Assembly (NCBI GenBank): GCA_965208835.1
Contig: OZ242358.1
Span: 3,104,001 to 3,168,000 of the forward strand
Length of the DNA stretch: 64,000 bases
Source of the DNA: Candidatus Latescibacterota bacterium
GTDB lineage: Bacteria; Latescibacterota; UBA2968; GCA-2709665
Reading direction: 5' to 3'
Positions 1 to 7,457 of the stretch are shown here, piece by piece. The notes beneath the pieces are model-generated. The model was not told the origin of the DNA. It worked only from the letters and a program-made list of their open reading frames with translations, and searched no databases. Made by a program: the position numbers and the translations under genes. Numbering within the stretch: the stretch's first letter is position 1; the number at the start of each line of letters is the position of its first letter.

Positions 1-2300
1 AGCCGCACAAACTCGTCGATCTTCATTTCAGAATAGACCTGGGGTCCGTCCAGTTCCGCCTGCAGGTCGTGCAGCTTGTTCGGGTCCGTCTCATCGGCCA
101 GAATCGTCGTCCGGTAGAAGTCAGAAAACGCATCTTGAATCGTATCGGTGTCGTTGAGAAAGTCGAAGACGAACACGTCGTGTTTCTTCGGGTGGGCCCG
201 GTTGAGCCGTGACAGCGTCTGCACGGCCTTGATGCCGGACAGCGTCTTGTCTACGTACATGGTGTGCAACAATGGCTCGTCGTAGCCGGTCTGAAATTTG
301 TCCGCGCACACCAGGAACCGGTACGGATCCTCCTGAAATCGCCTGGCGATCTGGGCCGAAGGCAGACCGTTCAGCGACGCCTCGCTTACCCTGCCGCCGC
401 CGAAGTCATGTTCGCCGGAGAACGCGACCAGCGCCTCAAATTGGCTCTTGCGCTCCTTGAGATAGTCGCGGATGGCATGGTAGTACTGAATCGCGCGCTC
501 GATGCCGTTCGTGACCACCATCGCCCGCGCCGCGCCGCCGATCTTACCCTGCTTCAGCACCTGGTCGTGGAAGTGGTCGACCATGATCTCCGCCTTAAGG
601 CGGATCGCGTGCTCGCTGCCCTCCACGAAGCGGCGCAGCTTCTTCTGCGCCTTGCGAGCGTCGAACTCGGGGTCGTCTTCGACCGTCTTTGCAAGCTTGT
701 AGTAGCTCGCCACAGGCGTATAGTGCGACAGTACGTCCAGGATGAATCCTTCCTGGATCGCCTGCTTCATGGTGTAGCTGTGGAACGCGCGATGCCTCAC
801 CGTACCGTCGGGCTGCGATTCCGGGGCGCCGAAGATCTCGAGCGTCTTGTTCTTCGGCGTGGCGGTAAACGCGAAGTAGCTGGCGTTGGGAAGCAGCTTG
901 CGCGACTCCATCAGACGGTTGATCCGGTCCTCGAAGGTATCCTGATCGTCCTCTTCGCCCGCCACCGACAGCGCCTGAGCCATCGCCGCGCTGGTGCGAC
1001 CCCCCTGGCTCGAGTGGGCTTCGTCGATGATGATGGCGAAGCGCTTCCCCCGCTGTTCATTGCCAGTCTCATCCAGAATGAACGGGAACTTCTGGACCGT
1101 GGAGATGATGATCTTCTTCCCGCTTTCGATGAATTCACGAAGATCGCCCGAGCGGTCGGCGTGTCCGACCGTCGCCGCCACCTGGGCGTACTGCTTGATC
1201 GTGTCGCGGATCTGGCGGTCCAGGATAACCCTGTCCGTGACGACAATGATCGAGTCGAAGACCGAAGCGTCGTCCTTCTCCAACCCGATCAACTGGTGCG
1301 CGAGCCATGCGATGGAGTTGCTCTTGCCGCTGCCGGCGGAATGCTGGATCAGGTAGCGCTGACCGGCGCCGCGGTCGCCCGCGTCGGCCAGCAGGCGGCG
1401 CACCACGTCGAGTTGATGGTAGCGCGGCCAGATTTGAGTCTTTCGACTCCTTCCGCTCTTTTCGTCCTTCGACGCCACCACCTGCGCGTAATTCTCGAAG
1501 ATGTTGGTAAGACTCTCCCGGGTGAGCACTTCGCGCCAGAGATAGGCGATTGAAAGACCGTCCGGATTGGGCGGGTTGCCCGCCCCGTCGTTCCAGCCGC
1601 GGTTGAAAGGCAGAAACCAGGACGCCTTACCCTTCAGATGCGTACAAAAACGCACCTCGCGTTCGTCCAACGCGAAGTGCGCGATGCACCGCCCGAACTC
1701 AAACAGCTTTTCACGCGGGTTGCGGTCCTTTTTGTACTGCCAGACCGCATCGTCCACCGTCTGTTTGGTGAGGCTGTTCTTCAACTCGAACGTGAATACC
1801 GGCAGCCCGTTGACGAACAGCCCGATGTCCAGCGCCCGCTGCGCCTCGTCCCTGCTATAGCGAAGCTGCCGCGTAACGGTATAACGATTCAGCTCGAACA
1901 ATTCCTGGGCCTGCGGATTGCCGGCCGACGGCGTGCCGTAGAACAGGTCCAGGCTCAACGCCCCGTGCTTTATGCCGTTACGCAGGACGTCGATGGTGCC
2001 GCGTTTGCTGATTTCACCCTGGAGCCGTGTCAGAAACGCGCGCCGCACGGGGCCGTCTTCGGAAAGCGGCAACGCCTCGGCGGCCTCCGGCTGGGTGGAC
2101 CGCAGGAATGCCGACAATTGCGCCAGATCGACGCAGAACTCACGGTTATAGTCGTGGTGATTGCCGCAGCTCCAGCCGACACCGCCGTATCCGGCGGGCG
2201 GTTCTCCCACGGTGCCTGAAACAGGTGGCTCGCAGCCCTGGCCCGTCAGGGCGGCGCAAATCAGGCGTTCAAGCCCGCTCTCGGTGGTGTCTGTGTTCAC
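1..2300 (-). CDS. hsdR: Type I restriction enzyme R subunit (3' end lies beyond the left window edge)
   Basis: Read manually on the minus strand; absent from the ORF track because it has no stop inside the window. GTG start at 2300 (MNTDTTESGLERLICAALTG) overlaps the upstream PIN stop (GTGA). Motifs: nuclease DIGLFVNGLPVFTFELKN, Walker A YLIQHSAGSGKSNSIAW, IIDEAHSSQ, SYFAFTATPK. Confidence 0.95.
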   Translation of the reverse strand, partial: MNTDTTESGLERLICAALTGQGCEPPVSGTVGEPPAGYGGVGWSCGNHHDYNREFCVDLAQLSAFLRSTQPEAAEALPLSEDGPVRRAFLTRLQGEISKRGTIDVLRNGIKHGALSLDLFYGTPSAGNPQAQELFELNRYTVTRQLRYSRDEAQRALDIGLFVNGLPVFTFELKNSLTKQTVDDAVWQYKKDRNPREKLFEFGRCIAHFALDEREVRFCTHLKGKASWFLPFNRGWNDGAGNPPNPDGLSIAYLWREVLTRESLTNIFENYAQVVASKDEKSGRSRKTQIWPRYHQLDVVRRLLADAGDRGAGQRYLIQHSAGSGKSNSIAWLAHQLIGLEKDDASVFDSIIVVTDRVILDRQIRDTIKQYAQVAATVGHADRSGDLREFIESGKKIIISTVQKFPFILDETGNEQRGKRFAIIIDEAHSSQGGRTSAAMAQALSVAGEEDDQDTFEDRINRLMESRKLLPNASYFAFTATPKNKTLEIFGAPESQPDGTVRHRAFHSYTMKQAIQEGFILDVLSHYTPVASYYKLAKTVEDDPEFDARKAQKKLRRFVEGSEHAIRLKAEIMVDHFHDQVLKQGKIGGAARAMVVTNGIERAIQYYHAIRDYLKERKSQFEALVAFSGEHDFGGGRVSEASLNGLPSAQIARRFQEDPYRFLVCADKFQTGYDEPLLHTMYVDKTLSGIKAVQTLSRLNRAHPKKHDVFVFDFLNDTDTIQDAFSDFYRTTILADETDPNKLHDLQAELDGPQVYSEMKIDEFVR

Positions 2301-2722
2301 TTCGGAGCCTGCTGGTGCGTGAACGGGTTGATGACCCGGAGGCCGTCGTAGTCCTGTTCTGTGCTCAAATCCTCGGAATACACGGCATCGCAGCCCAGGG
2401 CACGAGCTGCGGCGAGAATCGCGCCATCCCAGTAGGAAAGGCGAAAACGTCGGCTAATGGCAATGGCATCGAGAAATACGTCCGTCGACATGGTCTGAAT
2501 CCGGAAAAGCAGAATCGGCTCCAGGAATTGCAATGCTTTATTGCCAGAAAGACTGCCGATTCGAGTCGGCCGGGTGGCCTGGTGGTAGAACTCCTGCAGC
2601 ACCTGAACGGACGCAGCGAGGTCGGGTTCCGTCAGGACTTCCGCCGCCCGCGCCCGCTTGTCGGCCTCCCCTGGGATCTCGCTGACAGCATACAGCAGAA
2701 TGTTGGTATCTACGAATCGCAT
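2297..2722 (-). CDS. vapC: PIN-domain (VapC-like) toxin
   Basis: FVDTNILLYA...QVLQEF...SYWDGAILAAA...YSEDL..INPF gives the full PIN acidic motif set; overlaps the upstream antitoxin and downstream hsdR. Confidence 0.92.
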   Translation of the reverse strand: MRFVDTNILLYAVSEIPGEADKRARAAEVLTEPDLAASVQVLQEFYHQATRPTRIGSLSGNKALQFLEPILLFRIQTMSTDVFLDAIAISRRFRLSYWDGAILAAARALGCDAVYSEDLSTEQDYDGLRVINPFTHQQAPK

Positions 2723-3072
2723 GGTGAGGATCTGAGTGCTTCGGAGATACTGCGCTGCCGCTCCCGCTCGGCGACAGCTTCGGCCCTTGCCGCGTTGCGA
2801 TCGTACAACGCCTCCCTGGGAAGGTTGTCGGACATCCGCAACCCGATACCCTGTCTATCGAAGTCCGCGAGCACCTCCCGCAGCAGCCTGCACCGACGCT
2901 GATAGATGGTTTCGACAGACCCGGAACCGGATTCCCCATCCGTGTCCGGGTTCTCTGCCAGACTCTTCAGAAAGTCTCGCACGAGGGACGATACCGACGT
3001 GTCCAATTCTGCCGCACGGATACGCGCAAGCCGATGGGTCTCTTCGTCGACGGATACGGTGATATTTCTCAT
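2710..3072 (-). CDS. Ribbon-helix-helix antitoxin (VapB/DUF6364-like)
   Basis: MRNITVSVDEETHRLARIRAAELDTSVSSLVRDFL N-terminus and a REALYDR motif; directly upstream of and overlapping the PIN toxin. ATG at 3072 is preferred over the longer track ORF. Confidence 0.85.
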   Translation of the reverse strand: MRNITVSVDEETHRLARIRAAELDTSVSSLVRDFLKSLAENPDTDGESGSGSVETIYQRRCRLLREVLADFDRQGIGLRMSDNLPREALYDRNAARAEAVAERERQRSISEALRSSPCDS

Positions 3073-3141
3073 AGTCACAGCCTCACAGTTTCTGTGTGGC
3101 ACAATATAGGCATTTGCCGGTCGATAGGCAAATCCTGCGAG

Positions 3142-3187
3142 GGCGCAAATCAAGCGTTCTAACCGGTGTTCGAAGGTGTCAGTGTGC
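3142..3187 (-). pseudogene. Degenerate copy of the hsdR 5' end
   Basis: Translates TDTFEHRLERLICA versus HsdR TDTTESGLERLICA; 35/46 nt match 2253-2298 by manual alignment. Confidence 0.8.
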
Positions 3188-3640
3188 GGGTTGTCAAGTA
3201 CCCGTCAAGTAAAAATCGACCTTATAAGTCACTGAAAATACACGATTAATGATATCTACCTGATCCGAATCGGATACGTGAATGAAATCGCCAACAAGTA
3301 CCGGTATCGTCTCATTCCTTCGCCGACCACGGCATTGCAGCTCCCACCAACATTCCATAGTCACCAAGCAGGCGAACGAGCAGTACTTGACGTTCTGGGG
3401 GTACATCAGTATGCTTCCAAGCGTTCGGAGTTTGTGCCACCCATGGCCTTTTGACTTACTGGCCGGCACCTTTATACCACGAAGTCGCGCTTTTTAATAG
3501 CCGTGTTCGGCAGCCCACGCCCAGAACACCAGCAGCTGAACTACCTGATTCAAAATGCATCAACGCCATCTCACAGTCTCCCAAACCCGTGCGCCAGCGC
3601 AGTCGATTAGCGGGCCTTTATTCAATCCGAGAATTGCCAT

Positions 3641-4516
3641 ATGAATACATCTGCGCAAACATTCTCGATAAATTCAACTCAAGAAGCCTCGTTATTCGAG
3701 GCGTTCTTGCACCGATACGCGGCTTCCTCACACCCTTCACTAGGTGCCATCATTCCCAAGACGCTTTTGTCCCGTGTGTATTGCTACTGCGCGGAACAGG
3801 ACGACTTCAGACTGTTTTATGCGATATTAGATCTTGAGCTAGTCTGGCTATTTTCGCTCAAGGATAGCCATTCCCCGGCCGGACTATGGAATCAAGTATT
3901 GTGGGAACATCGGCATAGTCCGAAAACCATACTTGAAGACTTCTCCACGTTCTGCGCTCGTATGGATATCCTAGACAGCTTCAATTCAATTTCTCTGCGA
4001 CTCCGTGCGTGTTGGGACAAGTACTTGGGAATCCTGGTTCTATTGCATGAGCCAGACAAGTACGAAGTATATGCAAGAGCAACGAGCAGGAAAAGGAAGT
4101 TTACCAAAATCGCAAGAGAATGGGAGGGTAACATATCTCGCCACATTGTCCAAGCTATCACCACAGTATTTCGAAACAGGTTAGTTCATGCGCACAAGCT
4201 CTTTGGCGACAAGCTCACGAAAAAACAGATCGAAGAAACGAACCGATGCATCGAATTCTTCCTTCATCATGAATTGAAATACCCAGATCCTGCAGTTGAT
4301 CTAATGACCCAACACATTGACTCCATCGATCAGGTCAGGACCCCGGAAGCGCACGGCACAGGGGTATTGCGAAAGTGGTCTCTCGCCTCTCTCCCGCCGG
4401 ACGTTTCCAAAGACTTCTCACTGTACAATCACTCGAATGACTTTAGCGTTTATATGAATGGATTGCACCGTTCAGTAACAGATCTTGTCGGCAACGACGC
4501 AGGATCAAGTACATAA
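3641..4516 (+). CDS. Hypothetical protein with two RxxxxH (HEPN-like) motifs
   Basis: 291-aa ORF with lower GC than its surroundings and an ATG start; contains FRNRLVH and VRTPEAH. The family assignment is inference. Confidence 0.7.
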   Translation: MNTSAQTFSINSTQEASLFEAFLHRYAASSHPSLGAIIPKTLLSRVYCYCAEQDDFRLFYAILDLELVWLFSLKDSHSPAGLWNQVLWEHRHSPKTILEDFSTFCARMDILDSFNSISLRLRACWDKYLGILVLLHEPDKYEVYARATSRKRKFTKIAREWEGNISRHIVQAITTVFRNRLVHAHKLFGDKLTKKQIEETNRCIEFFLHHELKYPDPAVDLMTQHIDSIDQVRTPEAHGTGVLRKWSLASLPPDVSKDFSLYNHSNDFSVYMNGLHRSVTDLVGNDAGSST

Positions 4517-4586
4517 CTAAGGCTGTCTTCACGAAGGATCATTCGGATTCTGGCCACTGATTCTACTTGTGTCTTGAATATCCTAT

Positions 4587-6029
4587 TCATTTGGATTCGC
4601 AACGGCCGTCATGATCGATCGGATCATCTACATTGTCTTCTGCCAGTTTATCCAATTCCGGCAGTTTATCCGAAGCCCCGCGCACGTCAAGCTTACCAGT
4701 GACGACATCGGCGATCAATCGGGTGCGGTATTCGCGAAGAAGCTCGACCTCTCGATGGACGGCCGCTTGGGAACCCTCTATACCTGCCATTTCAGCTGTG
4801 ATATACTTGACGATCAGGTTTTGTTCAGTTTGCGACGGAATACCGATAGATCTTCCAGAGGTTGCCTGGAGATTGGTTCGTTGCCGGGTAGCCCCAGTCG
4901 AAAGCACGGCTGAAGCAACAGTCGAGGTAGCGGTTAGTTGGACTGCGGCAAACCTTGGTTGAATTCGAGCTTGATTTAGTCGAAACCTGAAACAATCAGC
5001 TTTCACCATTGCGGGGATGATTTTCTCCGGTGCGACACATGCTCGACCCGCTGGATGGTTGTTGTCGCCCAACCCGGCTATTAAGACGTCTCCCGAAATG
5101 ACGGAATGATCGCCCAGCGACGAATAATGTTCGGGCGAAATAAAGGCTGCGTCGGAGTCTTTGAATTCTCCATGTCCGATGTTCTGAAGCCGTACCACTC
5201 TTATTCCTTGCTCAGTATAGTGTGAAGACTTCAATCCGGAACCAAACGGCCCATCGCAACTGTCAAGGGTTACTCTCCGCAATGGAACGACATCCCAATC
5301 CTCTGGCACATTTCCCAACCACCCCACCCCGGAGTCTTTGTAAGCCAGATAGGGCTGGCCGGTTCGGACGTCGATCTGGCCCGTGACCGCCTGGTGGATG
5401 ATGGCCTGCTTTTGCTCCTCCAGCAGCGCAATCAGCTTCTGCTTCGCACGGATGTAGCGCCGGATGCGCCGGTCGGCGTGGTCAAGGAAGCGCACGATGG
5501 CGGCTTGTTCGGGTAGGGGTGGGAAAGGAACTCGTAGCTTTGATATGTCTTCTGGAGAGCATCGTTGATGGCTCTTTGTCGCCGAGTCGACTCTTGAACT
5601 CAATTCAAGCCTTACGTGCTCGGACTCATAAAGGTACCGTGCAAATTCGCCCACGCAGTATTTTGGTTCCATGGGCACAAACTCACTTGAAGCAAGTGTT
5701 GTGAGCCTGCGGTCAGGCGCTGCTAGAGCTATCGTCCCTTTTCTAGGATTCAGTTTCGACACTAGAAGCAGAATGCGGTCGACTAGAGTCTTCGATGAGT
5801 CTATAGAGAATCCCGATTCGATGACACCACCGCCAACCTCTTGGACGTTTGGAATTGAATAGTGCACAACTTGCTGTTCGGATATTTCATTTGGATCTAC
5901 AGATTGCTTAACTACGGACAGCCGACGATCAGCCCGCTGCACTTCCCATTGCTCAGGTACAAACCCTAACCATTTTTCACCGGAGTCCTTATAGCCAGGA
6001 TAGGGTTTGAGATTCGAGGTTGTCATCAT
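4587..6029 (-). CDS. hsdS: Type I R-M specificity subunit
   Basis: Repeated YKDSG..WLG.VP..W conserved regions, central PLPEQAAIVRFLD...AVTG, C-terminal IADVVTGKLDVR, and two variable TRDs. Confidence 0.95.
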   Translation of the reverse strand: MMTTSNLKPYPGYKDSGEKWLGFVPEQWEVQRADRRLSVVKQSVDPNEISEQQVVHYSIPNVQEVGGGVIESGFSIDSSKTLVDRILLLVSKLNPRKGTIALAAPDRRLTTLASSEFVPMEPKYCVGEFARYLYESEHVRLELSSRVDSATKSHQRCSPEDISKLRVPFPPLPEQAAIVRFLDHADRRIRRYIRAKQKLIALLEEQKQAIIHQAVTGQIDVRTGQPYLAYKDSGVGWLGNVPEDWDVVPLRRVTLDSCDGPFGSGLKSSHYTEQGIRVVRLQNIGHGEFKDSDAAFISPEHYSSLGDHSVISGDVLIAGLGDNNHPAGRACVAPEKIIPAMVKADCFRFRLNQARIQPRFAAVQLTATSTVASAVLSTGATRQRTNLQATSGRSIGIPSQTEQNLIVKYITAEMAGIEGSQAAVHREVELLREYRTRLIADVVTGKLDVRGASDKLPELDKLAEDNVDDPIDHDGRCESK

Positions 6030-6040
6030 CTTTCACCACT

Positions 6041-6066
6041 GTAGGGGCGACCGGCCGGTCGCCCCT
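6041..6066. repeat. REP palindrome GTAGGGGCGACCGGCCGGTCGCCCCT
   Basis: GTAG plus a GC palindrome, in the RAYT 3' end just upstream of the hsdS start. Confidence 0.9.
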
Positions 6067-6313
6067 GTGCCGATTGGATCCTGGCCATCCGAAATGGCAG
6101 GATTTTCCGGGTCCTCCGACCATCCGACCGGGTTATCCGCGATGTATTGCCGAATCCGATCCAGCGCGGATTCGTTCCGGATAATGTGTTCGTAGTAGTT
6201 GCGCTGCCAAACCGGTGTGCCGGGCGTGCCACGCATGGTGTTGATACGCTTGGTTGCTGCAGATTTAAATCCGGCCATCATGGCGCCGAGTGACCTGGGT
6301 CGCAGCCCGCCAC

Positions 6314-6337
6314 GGGCGACCGGCCGGTCGGCCCTAC
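6314..6337. repeat. REP palindrome inside the RAYT coding sequence
   Basis: GGGCGACCGGCCGGTCGGCCCTAC, read in frame as RRADRPVAR. Confidence 0.85.
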
Positions 6338-6619
6338 GGCGTTCGTCGGCAATAATAACGATACCATGAATATGGCTGGGCATGACAACCCAGGCGTCGA
6401 GATCGATCTCGATACGGACCTGCGCAGATTTTCGCCATTCCTCCTCAGCTATCCGGCCGAGCTCATTCAGCGCCACCTCACCATCTTTCACCACGCCGAA
6501 AAGTGATTTACGCCCTCTTGTGCAGACGGTGATGAAATATGCGCCCGCCCGTGAATAATCGTAGTCGCGCAATCGGGTCGACCGTCGGTGGGGTTTTTCC
6601 GGATCGCAGGAGCCGTTCA

Positions 6620-6733
6620 TTATGTCCTCAGACTCTCGTCCAACAACCCCTCCGTCTCTTTCTCAAGGGCTATAACCCGAATCTCCGCAAGCGTGCACAA
6701 CGACTCAGGAAGACATTTGAGATCCGAGGTCAT
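6620..6733 (-). pseudogene. Chimeric mini-ORF: hsdS-start remnant plus hsdM-tail remnant
   Basis: MTSDLKCLP (cf. HsdS MTTSNLKPYP) followed by TLAEIRVIALEKETEGLLDE (cf. HsdM TLEEIGADILALEKETEGLLGD); its TAA overlaps the RAYT ATG (TAATG). Confidence 0.8.
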
Positions 6734-6749
6734 CGATTCATATACCAAT

Positions 6750-6867
6750 GTAGGGCGACCGGCCGGTCGCCCCTACGGCTATGGGATCCTGGCCATCCCA
6801 ATCGGCAGGATTCTCCGGGTCTTCAGACCATCCGGCCGGGCTATAACGCGATGTATTGCCGAATCCG
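6750..6867 (-). pseudogene. Degenerate duplicate of the RAYT 3' end, including a full GTAG...CTAC REP palindrome (6750-6776)
   Basis: Direct repeat of 6041-6158, roughly 85-90% identical by eye with one frameshift. Confidence 0.88.
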
Positions 6868-6870
6868 CCC

Positions 6871-6900
6871 CCAATTCACGATGTGCCGAAAATTCCAGCT
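6871..6900 (-). pseudogene. PIN-domain fragment (SWNFRHIVNW)
   Basis: 27/30 nt match to 7540-7569 (SWNFRHMVNW of the HsdM-fused PIN). Confidence 0.8.
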
Positions 6901-6938
6901 TACGCCGAAAGCCTTCGTTGCCCTCCCGGTCTTAACCA

Positions 6939-7175
6939 TCAATCGCCCTCGGCGCCGGATCGACCGCCGTCGCTTGCCCCATCGTCCTGCCAGGGTCGCA
7001 CAACCCTGGACTTCGGGATGCGAGCGAAGTAGGGATCCTTGTGGGCAGCCGCGTTGAGCCGCCGGCGCCGCCCTTCAGGGGACACTCCCGCCAGCTTCGC
7101 GTTGATCCGGTCCCGGACCTCGCGCGTCCACTGTACGCAGTCGAACGCCTTTGCGTCGCTCTCACGCTTCTTCAT
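6939..7175 (-). CDS. Small FDCV-motif protein, putative antitoxin (copy 2)
   Basis: KAFDCVQWTREVRDRINAKLAGVS, a paralogue of 7242-7457; preceded by a PIN-tail remnant in the same register. Confidence 0.7.
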   Translation of the reverse strand: MKKRESDAKAFDCVQWTREVRDRINAKLAGVSPEGRRRRLNAAAHKDPYFARIPKSRVVRPWQDDGASDGGRSGAEGD

Positions 7176-7217
7176 TTGCAAGCTCCTTCGGACTGCAAAT
7201 GTCCACCGGGGGTACCC
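7170..7217 (-). pseudogene. Degenerate PIN C-terminal tail remnant
   Basis: GYP(P)VDICSPKELANE (one-base shift) versus the resident GYPAIDIRTPEEIVHD; the ATG of the following small ORF is embedded at the equivalent position. Confidence 0.7.
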
Positions 7218-7241
7218 GATGCGCTTCAGTTTCCCTTCGGT

Positions 7242-7457
7242 TCAGCTGTCGGAACTGTCTGTTGGCCCGTCCTGCGTGGATTTGCGTATTCGCGCGGCCA
7301 TTGCTTCCAACACGGGGTCGGAATACCGTTTGGAATTGAACCACTCTACCGTTTCCTCTGCAGTCATGCCGGCAGTTTCGGCGGTTATGCGGGCGCGGGC
7401 CTTGCGCATGAATTCGACACAGTCGAATTTCTTTTTTTTCTGGGTTTCATCAGTCAT
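7242..7457 (-). CDS. Small FDCV-motif protein, putative antitoxin (copy 1)
   Basis: KKKFDCVEFMRKARARITAETAGMTAEE; start overlaps the HsdM-PIN stop region, a typical arrangement for the downstream partner of this PIN subfamily. Confidence 0.75.
   Translation of the reverse strand: MTDETQKKKKFDCVEFMRKARARITAETAGMTAEETVEWFNSKRYSDPVLEAMAARIRKSTQDGPTDSSDS

Larger units (their letters stand above)
6033..6620 (-). mobile_element. REP-associated tyrosine transposase (RAYT, Y1 HUH/IS200-like)
   Basis: RLRDYDYSRAGAYFITVCT, HUH motif MPSHIHGI, WQRNYYEHIIR, catalytic Tyr in RQYIADNP; GTAG-REP palindromes lie in and next to the gene. Confidence 0.92.

Noticed and set aside
264-2902. Long plus-strand ORFs (429, 193 and 291 aa)
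   Set aside because: Antisense shadows of hsdR and vapC in GC-rich DNA; no recognisable motifs.
2710-3153. 147-aa track version of the antitoxin
   Set aside because: The N-terminal extension comes from the hsdR-start remnant; the ATG at 3072 gives a typical RHH start.
3194-3469. 91-aa minus-strand ORF between the RxxxxH orphan and vapB
   Set aside because: No RBS or recognisable motif; may be pseudogene debris, so it cannot be supported as a CDS.
4587-6029. hsdS shufflon / phase-variable inversion system
   Set aside because: Only one hsdS, no silent TRD cassettes, no long inverted repeats and no recombinase; only a ~10-codon hsdS-start remnant.
6041-6776. Possible CRISPR array formed by the 24-27-bp palindromic repeats
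   Set aside because: Irregular spacing of hundreds of bp, mixed orientation, GTAG-REP structure with an adjacent RAYT, and no cas genes.
6620-7217. Diversity-generating retroelement template/variable repeats
   Set aside because: Mismatches between repeats are not adenine-specific and no reverse transcriptase is present.
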